A stretch of 64,000 bases of DNA, taken from contig CAVRHW010000004.1 in the NCBI GenBank assembly GCA_963721085.1, forward strand, positions 51,744 to 115,743, in the 5' to 3' direction. The notes beneath the pieces are model-generated. The model made no database searches and was not told where the DNA came from. It was given only the letters and a program-made list of their open reading frames with translations. Of this stretch, positions 57,655 to 64,000 are shown one piece after another; the first letter of the stretch is position 1; each line of letters starts with the position of its first letter. Position numbers and translations under genes: made by a program. The stretch is from an uncultured Gammaproteobacteria bacterium. Lineage in GTDB: Bacteria > Pseudomonadota > Gammaproteobacteria > SZUA-229.

Positions 57655-58298
57655 TGGATTTATCCAAACTAAATGAAATCGACCTGAATGATATCGATTT
57701 TAAGAAAATCGGTATGGCGCCCTGGCCGGTCAAAACGGTTTTAATCATTCTGGTCTGCGTTCTGGTGGCTGTTGCTGCTTATTTTCTGGATACAACCAGC
57801 CAGCTTAATACACTTAAAAATGCCAAAGCACAGGAACAGACCCTGCGTCAGACTTTCAGCGAAAAACAGGCCAAGGCCGCGAATCTGGATGCTTACAAAG
57901 AACAGCTTAAAGATATGCGGAACTCGTTCGGCGCACTGCTTCGCCAGCTCCCAAATAAAACAGAAATCGAAACATTGCTGACCGATATTTCACAGACCGG
58001 TATTTCGAGCGGGCTCGAAATTGACTATTTCAAACCTGAAGGACTTGTTCCCAAAGAATTCTACGCTGAATACCCGATCAAGTTAAAAGTCACCGGACGC
58101 TACCACCAGTTTGCCCAATTTGTCAGTGGCGTAGCCGCATTGCCCCGTATCGTCACTCTGAAAAATATAAAAATTGAGCCCGCCGACAAGAAGAGCGGTG
58201 TTAAATTACAGATGGAAGTCACTGCTGTTACCTATCAATATCTGGACGAGTCAGAGCAAGCCAAAATAGCCAAAAGCAAGAAGGGGAAGAAGAAATGA
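57654..58298 (+). CDS. pilO: Type IV pilus assembly protein PilO
   Basis: TM segment plus coiled coil; PilO position. Confidence 0.85.
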   Translation: MDLSKLNEIDLNDIDFKKIGMAPWPVKTVLIILVCVLVAVAAYFLDTTSQLNTLKNAKAQEQTLRQTFSEKQAKAANLDAYKEQLKDMRNSFGALLRQLPNKTEIETLLTDISQTGISSGLEIDYFKPEGLVPKEFYAEYPIKLKVTGRYHQFAQFVSGVAALPRIVTLKNIKIEPADKKSGVKLQMEVTAVTYQYLDESEQAKIAKSKKGKKK

Positions 58299-58828
58299 AA
58301 ATTCTATCCACCCGAACTGCTCAGATAATGACTATTTGCACATGTGCTCTGCTGGTTAGCGCCTGTAGTAATAACAATGATGATCTTTACCAGTTTATCA
58401 AGGCGACCAAAGCCATGCATGTCGGCAATGTTAAACCGATCCCTCAGTTTGAGCCGTATAAGAATTTCACTTATTCTGCCGAAAAACTGCGCGATCCCTT
58501 CGAGCCCAGTGCCGACCTGCAACAAAAACCCAAAACAGCGGCAAATTCTTTGCGGCCTGACAGAAATCGCCCTCGCGAACCACTTGAAGCCTTTCCACTG
58601 GACACGCTATCTATGGTCGGCATTCTGGAGCAGAAAAAGAATCTTTGGGGCTTGATCAAGGATCCACAGGGTATTGTGCACAGGGTCCAGGTGGGTGATT
58701 ACATGGGCCAGAACGAAGGTCGTATCACTGAGATTACCGATACTGATATACGTTTGAATGAAATTGTACCTGATGGCATAGGTGGTTATATCGAACGAGA
58801 TGCCTCTATAGCCATTGGAACTAAGTAA
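58295..58828 (+). CDS. pilP: Type IV pilus assembly lipoprotein PilP
   Basis: Lipobox LLVSAC; PilP position. Confidence 0.8.
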   Translation: MKILSTRTAQIMTICTCALLVSACSNNNDDLYQFIKATKAMHVGNVKPIPQFEPYKNFTYSAEKLRDPFEPSADLQQKPKTAANSLRPDRNRPREPLEAFPLDTLSMVGILEQKKNLWGLIKDPQGIVHRVQVGDYMGQNEGRITEITDTDIRLNEIVPDGIGGYIERDASIAIGTK

Positions 58829-58843
58829 CGCGCGGAGCGGGAT

Positions 58844-61054
58844 ATGAAAACTACAAAAACTCAAAATAACAGCATTTCGCTCATCTCGAGTCTGAGCAAA
58901 CTAATTGCGTTTGTACTGCTATGCATGATGAGCACACTTGCTATAGCTAACAACGCAATCGAAAGTGTTCAGTACAATACGATACCTGGTAATCGTTTGC
59001 AGATCATTCTGTCCATGTCGGAACATTCCGTAAAACCATTGAGTTTTACCATCGATAATCCTGCCCGCATTGCTTTTGATTTTGCCAATACCGGCAGCAC
59101 ACTGACTAAGCGCGCCCAGCCAATCGGTATAGGCATAGCTCAATCACTGACTGCGATTACTGCTAAAAACAAAACTCGCGTCATTCTTAATCTTACAGAA
59201 GTCGTGCCGTATCAAATCACGACCGAAGGCAAAAATGTAATCATTACGCTCGACAGCGAAGCCAATGGCGCTGGCTTTACCCAGAACCCCGTTGCGGGTA
59301 ATTCGGCACCTGACAGTGAAGCACGCTTTTCTGACCGGGTTCGCGGTATCAAAAATATCGATTTTCGTCGTGGCAGCAAGGGTGAAGGCCGTGTGATCGT
59401 AACCCTGAACCAGACCAACATCCCAACGGATATCACCGAGGAATTCGGAAAGGTGGTCGTCAAGTTTATCGGCGCCAAACTACCTGACAAGCTGCGCCAG
59501 ACGCTTGACGTTCTGGATTTTGCAACACCCGTGAAAAGCGTCAGCAGCTTTGAGAAAAATGGTAATACCCGTATTGAAATTACCCCGGTCAATGGCAACT
59601 TCGAGCACGTTGCTTACCAGGCCAACAATGTCTTCACCATCGAACTGAAACCAGTGAGCAAAGAAGTTCTCAGTGAGCAGAAAAAAGCCAAATTTGGTTA
59701 CACGGGTGAACGACTGTCTCTTAATTTCCAGGATATTCCTGTGCGCGCCGTGTTGCAGCTGATTGCTGATTTTACCGGCCTGAATATTGTTGTCAGCGAC
59801 TCGGTGACCGGTAATGTCACTTTACGCCTGAAGAACGTCCCCTGGGATCAGGCGCTGGACATTATTCTTAAAGCAAAAGGTCTGTCCAAACGCGAATCGG
59901 GCAATGTTGTACTGGTCGCACCCAGCGCAGAAATTGCTGCCCAGGAAAAAATTGATCTTGAGGCATCGCAGGCAGTGACTGAATTAGCGCCATTGCGCAC
60001 CGAGTATTTCACTATCAACTTCGCCAAAGTCACAGACCTTGCTCCCTTGTTCAAATCGAAAGGTGGCGGTTCTGGCTCTTCCGGTGGCTCTTCCGGAGGT
60101 GGCAGTGATTCTGGCGCCGCGGGTGCCACGGGCGGCTCATTGCTATCGCCGCGCGGCAGCGTCATTGTTGACCAGCGCACCAATACGCTGATCGTCAAGG
60201 ATACCGAAGAAGTGATCAACGAAGTTAGACGTATCCTGACCAAGCTTGATGTCCCTATTCGCCAGGTCATGATTTCGTCGCGTATCGTTATCGCCAATGA
60301 TCTTTTCACCAAGGAACTGGGATCTCGCTTTGGTGTCAGCCGTGTTGCAACCAACGGCCCGGCCAATGGCTATGTTACCAGTGGCGGCATAAACGAAACC
60401 GGTACTGCTATGCGACAGCTTTGCGACCAAGCGGTACGCTTTCTCCTGGCGGACTTACCTTTAAGTTCCGACCGCCTCAATGTCAACCTGCCAACTTCAG
60501 GGGCAGCCGCGGGCAGCATTGCTTTTGCGGTGTTGAACGGTGGCAACCTGCTGGATCTTGAAATCTCGGCTCTACAGGCTGAAAACAAGGGCGAGATCAT
60601 TTCCAGTCCACGTGTGGTCACATCCGATCGCCATGAAGCGTTTATCGAACAGGGTGTCGAAATTCCATATCTGTCAGCCTCTTCCAGTGGCGCAACCCAG
60701 GTGGAATTCAAAAAAGCGGTACTGAGTATCAAGGTGACACCACACATTACACCGGACGATAAAATCATCATGGATCTTTCGGTCAAGAAAGACGCTGTAG
60801 GCCAGATTTTTGCCGGCATCCCGAGCATCGACACGCGTGAAGTCGGTACCCAGGTACTGGTAAACAATGCGGACACCATCGTACTCGGTGGTATCTATGA
60901 ACAGACCACCCGCAATGAAGTAGACAAAGTACCGTTCCTCGGCGACCTGCCATTGATCGGTTATTTCTTCAAGCACACACTGGTTAATAATGAAAAAGCC
61001 GAACTGCTGATCTTTGTTACGCCTAAAATACTGAAAGAGTCACTTTCACTATAG
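58844..61054 (+). CDS. pilQ: Type IV pilus secretin PilQ
   Basis: AMIN and N-domains, a Gly/Ser-rich linker, and the secretin C-domain (VVLGGIYEQ...VPFLGDLPLIGYFF). Confidence 0.9.
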   Translation: MKTTKTQNNSISLISSLSKLIAFVLLCMMSTLAIANNAIESVQYNTIPGNRLQIILSMSEHSVKPLSFTIDNPARIAFDFANTGSTLTKRAQPIGIGIAQSLTAITAKNKTRVILNLTEVVPYQITTEGKNVIITLDSEANGAGFTQNPVAGNSAPDSEARFSDRVRGIKNIDFRRGSKGEGRVIVTLNQTNIPTDITEEFGKVVVKFIGAKLPDKLRQTLDVLDFATPVKSVSSFEKNGNTRIEITPVNGNFEHVAYQANNVFTIELKPVSKEVLSEQKKAKFGYTGERLSLNFQDIPVRAVLQLIADFTGLNIVVSDSVTGNVTLRLKNVPWDQALDIILKAKGLSKRESGNVVLVAPSAEIAAQEKIDLEASQAVTELAPLRTEYFTINFAKVTDLAPLFKSKGGGSGSSGGSSGGGSDSGAAGATGGSLLSPRGSVIVDQRTNTLIVKDTEEVINEVRRILTKLDVPIRQVMISSRIVIANDLFTKELGSRFGVSRVATNGPANGYVTSGGINETGTAMRQLCDQAVRFLLADLPLSSDRLNVNLPTSGAAAGSIAFAVLNGGNLLDLEISALQAENKGEIISSPRVVTSDRHEAFIEQGVEIPYLSASSSGATQVEFKKAVLSIKVTPHITPDDKIIMDLSVKKDAVGQIFAGIPSIDTREVGTQVLVNNADTIVLGGIYEQTTRNEVDKVPFLGDLPLIGYFFKHTLVNNEKAELLIFVTPKILKESLSL

Positions 61055-61146
61055 CGCTTAGTTACACAGGCACAATGTCAGGTACAAATGTGACAACCGT
61101 CTCTTTAACCTGCGCGTGACCTGCTGAGCTTCTCACCCTATACTAA

Positions 61147-61173
61147 GCGGCCTGCTAACCAGGCCGCTTTTTT
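61147..61173 (+). terminator. Hairpin plus T-run after pilQ, abutting the aroK start (partial terminator or attenuator)
   Basis: GCGGCCTG-CTAAC-CAGGCCGC followed by TTTTTT, then the ATG at 61174. Confidence 0.5.
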
Positions 61174-61719
61174 ATGGCGAAACACAACACCAGCATCTTT
61201 CTCATCGGCCCCATGGGGGCAGGTAAAACCACGATCGGGCGCCAGCTCGCGCGCAAACTGGGCATGCAGTTTCTCGACAGCGACCGTGTCATCGAAGAGC
61301 GCACCGGCGCAGATATTCCACTGATCTTCGAAAAAGAAGGCGAAGACGGTTTTCGCAAGCGCGAGCAGGCAGTTATCGATGAACTGACCCTGCAGGACAA
61401 TCTGGTGCTGGCCACCGGTGGCGGCGTGATACTCAATGCTGACAACCGTAAGGCACTGGCGCAGCGCGGCCTGGTGATTTATTTACACAGTGACCTCAAA
61501 TCCCTGGTCGAGCGCACCAGCAAAGACCAGAACCGCCCTTTGCTACACTCCGGCCAGGATCCACGCACCGTACTCAGGCAAATCATGGAACAGCGCGAAC
61601 CACTGTATCGCGAAACTGCAAATTTCACTGTCGATACCAGCAACACCTCGATACGCAACGTGATACAGGCTATCATTGACCAGATCGACCATCTGAACAA
61701 AAACGGTTCTCAATCCTGA
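61174..61719 (+). CDS. aroK: Shikimate kinase
   Basis: IFLIGPMGAGKTTIGRQLA. Confidence 0.9.
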   Translation: MAKHNTSIFLIGPMGAGKTTIGRQLARKLGMQFLDSDRVIEERTGADIPLIFEKEGEDGFRKREQAVIDELTLQDNLVLATGGGVILNADNRKALAQRGLVIYLHSDLKSLVERTSKDQNRPLLHSGQDPRTVLRQIMEQREPLYRETANFTVDTSNTSIRNVIQAIIDQIDHLNKNGSQS

Positions 61720-61737
61720 TTCTGCGGCTAGCAATAC

Positions 61738-62817
61738 ATGAAACAACTGACTGTTGACCTCGGTGAGCGCAGCTACCCGATCTATATAGGCGACGCCCTG
61801 CTCGGCCAGAGCGCACTGCTACAGAAACACATCCCTGGCAAATCCGCGTTGATCGTCAGCAATGAAACCGTGGCGCCGTTATACCTCAGCAAGGTCAGCG
61901 CCATGCTCAGCGGCATCCGCCACGAAAGCGTGATCCTGCCCGATGGTGAAGAATACAAAAATCTCGAAGTGCTGAACCGTATTTATGACGCCTGCCTGAG
62001 CCATCACCTGGACCGCAATACCACTATTATCGCCCTCGGAGGCGGCGTGGTAGGCGATATGGCGGGGTTTGCTGCCGCCAGCTACCAGCGCGGGGTCAAC
62101 CTGATCCAGATCCCCACCACCCTGCTGTCACAGGTGGATTCTTCGGTGGGCGGCAAAACCGGGGTCAATCATGCGCTGGGCAAGAACATGATCGGCGCGT
62201 TTTACCAGCCGCGCGCGGTGATCGCTGATACCAGCACATTAAATACTCTGCCCGAGCGCGAACTGTGCGCCGGACTCGCCGAAATCATCAAATACGGCCT
62301 GATCCGTGATCGCTCATTCTTCGACTGGATCAACGACAACCTGGATGCGCTGCTACGACGCGACCAGCAGGCACTGGCCTATGCCATCGAAGTGTCCTGC
62401 CAGATCAAGGCCGATGTGGTGGCCGCAGACGAACGCGAAAGCGGCCAGCGCGCTCTGCTCAATCTTGGCCACACCTTTGGCCACGCGATCGAAAACGGCA
62501 TGGGCTACGGCCAGTGGCTGCACGGTGAAGCGGTCGGCGCCGGCATGGCCATGGCTGCACGGCTTTCGCAGATTCTGGGCTGGCTGGACACTGATCAAAC
62601 CGAAGCGGTGATCGACCAGATTCGTCGCGCCAAATTACCGGTACACGCCCCGGCCGATCTCTCGGTCGATCAGTTCATCGAACTGATGTCGGTAGACAAA
62701 AAAGTACTCGATGGCGTGCTGCGGCTGGTGCTGATGAAAAACATAGGCAGCGCAGTGGTCACCAATGACTATACCGAAACACAGTTACGCGAAGCGATTC
62801 AGAGCAGTTATGTCTGA
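61738..62817 (+). CDS. aroB: 3-dehydroquinate synthase
   Basis: [14 protein letters not shown] with metal-binding histidines. Confidence 0.9.
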   Translation: MKQLTVDLGERSYPIYIGDALLGQSALLQKHIPGKSALIVSNETVAPLYLSKVSAMLSGIRHESVILPDGEEYKNLEVLNRIYDACLSHHLDRNTTIIALGGGVVGDMAGFAAASYQRGVNLIQIPTTLLSQVDSSVGGKTGVNHALGKNMIGAFYQPRAVIADTSTLNTLPERELCAGLAEIIKYGLIRDRSFFDWINDNLDALLRRDQQALAYAIEVSCQIKADVVAADERESGQRALLNLGHTFGHAIENGMGYGQWLHGEAVGAGMAMAARLSQILGWLDTDQTEAVIDQIRRAKLPVHAPADLSVDQFIELMSVDKKVLDGVLRLVLMKNIGSAVVTNDYTETQLREAIQSSYV

Positions 62818-64000
62818 ACACTACACTGGCTACCGCGGACATCTCCAGCCCTACGCCTGCAACGACCGCGAATCGCGTGGCCGCCTGTATGAAGAAGAAC
62901 TGCCGACCTACCGCAATCATTATCAGCGCGACCGTGACCGTATTATCCATTCGGCCGCGTTTCGCCGACTGGAATACAAAACCCAGGTGTTCGTCAATCA
63001 CGAAGGCGACCTGTTCCGTACCCGACTGACACATTCACTGGAAGTGGCGCAGATCGCGCGCAGCATCGCGCGCGAACTCGGCCTGCACGAAGATCTGTCC
63101 GAAGCCATCGCACTGTCACACGATCTCGGTCACACCCCTTTCGGTCATGCTGGCCAGACCGCGCTGAACCATTGCATGCGCAATCACGGCGGCTTTGAGC
63201 ACAACCTGCAATCTTTGCGAGTGGTCGACAAGCTGGAACAGAAATATGCTGATTTCGACGGCCTGAATCTAACTTTTGAAACCCGTCAGGGCGTTCTGAA
63301 GCATTGTTCTGTTGTAAATGCACAACGACTCGGCGAAGTAGCACAACGCTTTATTGACAAAACCCAGACCAGCCTCGAAGCACAGCTCACCGATCTTTCC
63401 GATGAAACCGCTTACACCAATCACGACGTCGATGACGGCCTGCGTTATGGTCTGATCAAAATTGAAGACCTGCTCAAGCTTGAACTGTTTCGCAGCCAGT
63501 ACGACATCGTGATGAAGCGATATCCCGGTTTAAATGACCGCCGCATGATTCACGAAGTCATCCGCCGCATGATCAGCACGATGGTAGTCGACGTGATCGA
63601 TACCTCACGCGCAAAAATTGAAGCAGCAAATCTTAAGTCACTGGCCGATGTTTACGCACAACCGGAACCCCTGATCAGTTTCAGTGCAGAAATGGACGAA
63701 ATCAAACTCGAACTCAAGCAATTTTTGCGCAAAAACCTGTACCAGCATTATCGTGTGCACCGCATGACCACGAAGGCAGGCGCTATCATCGAGGCGCTGT
63801 TTGACGCGTTTATGAATGATGCGCGCGTGTTGCCGCCAGAAGCACTGGAACACTGTGAAGCGCTACGCCAGAAAGCAGGGGATGACGGACACGCGCGCGG
63901 CGTTGCCGATTATATTGCTGGTATGACCGACCGTTACGCGATTGTCGAGTACGAGCGCATCTTCAATCCGCGCCAGCTATCTTTCGTCAACCTGATCCCT
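62810..64000 (+). CDS. dgt: dGTP triphosphohydrolase-like HD-domain protein (runs off the window end)
   Basis: MSEHYTGYR...[22 protein letters not shown]...[10 protein letters not shown]...[10 protein letters not shown]; the start overlaps the aroB stop (ATGTCTGA). Confidence 0.8.
   Translation, partial: MSEHYTGYRGHLQPYACNDRESRGRLYEEELPTYRNHYQRDRDRIIHSAAFRRLEYKTQVFVNHEGDLFRTRLTHSLEVAQIARSIARELGLHEDLSEAIALSHDLGHTPFGHAGQTALNHCMRNHGGFEHNLQSLRVVDKLEQKYADFDGLNLTFETRQGVLKHCSVVNAQRLGEVAQRFIDKTQTSLEAQLTDLSDETAYTNHDVDDGLRYGLIKIEDLLKLELFRSQYDIVMKRYPGLNDRRMIHEVIRRMISTMVVDVIDTSRAKIEAANLKSLADVYAQPEPLISFSAEMDEIKLELKQFLRKNLYQHYRVHRMTTKAGAIIEALFDAFMNDARVLPPEALEHCEALRQKAGDDGHARGVADYIAGMTDRYAIVEYERIFNPRQLSFVNLIP

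Overview
This 64-kb window looks like chromosomal DNA from a gammaproteobacterial chemolithoautotroph, at roughly 50% GC. The centrepiece is a CbbR-controlled form-I RuBisCO operon: cbbR is divergent from cbbL-cbbS, followed by an unannotated 103-aa ORF, then cbbQ-cbbO. No carboxysome genes are present in the window. The two internal intergenic regions of that operon carry homologous long palindromic elements, each followed by a T-run. Elsewhere there are two tandem PEP-CTERM sorting-signal proteins with near-identical terminators, an orphan gspA/gspB (exeAB) pair, and a 1678-aa secreted NHL/TPR/transglutaminase-like protein. A periplasmic-binding-domain histidine kinase, a FixJ-type regulator and a ModA-like orphan binding protein form a cluster. 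A tri-heme c-type cytochrome lipoprotein is also present. Housekeeping blocks include ftsYEX-rpoH, bioC-bioH, plsY, tsaD, rpsU-yqeY-hemE, and mrcA divergent from pilMNOPQ-aroK-aroB-dgt. The most important technical observation is that about 20 genes, including essential ones (ftsY, tsaD, fadH, cbbO, bioH, pilN), are split by single-base frameshifts, often at G/C runs. That pattern points to assembly indel errors rather than pseudogenes, so gene models here span the fragments. I could not confidently name a wholly new system. The best candidates for undescribed biology are the small cbb-operon ORF with the repeated palindromic elements, the sensor-kinase/orphan-binding-protein module, and the giant NHL-TPR-transglutaminase protein.
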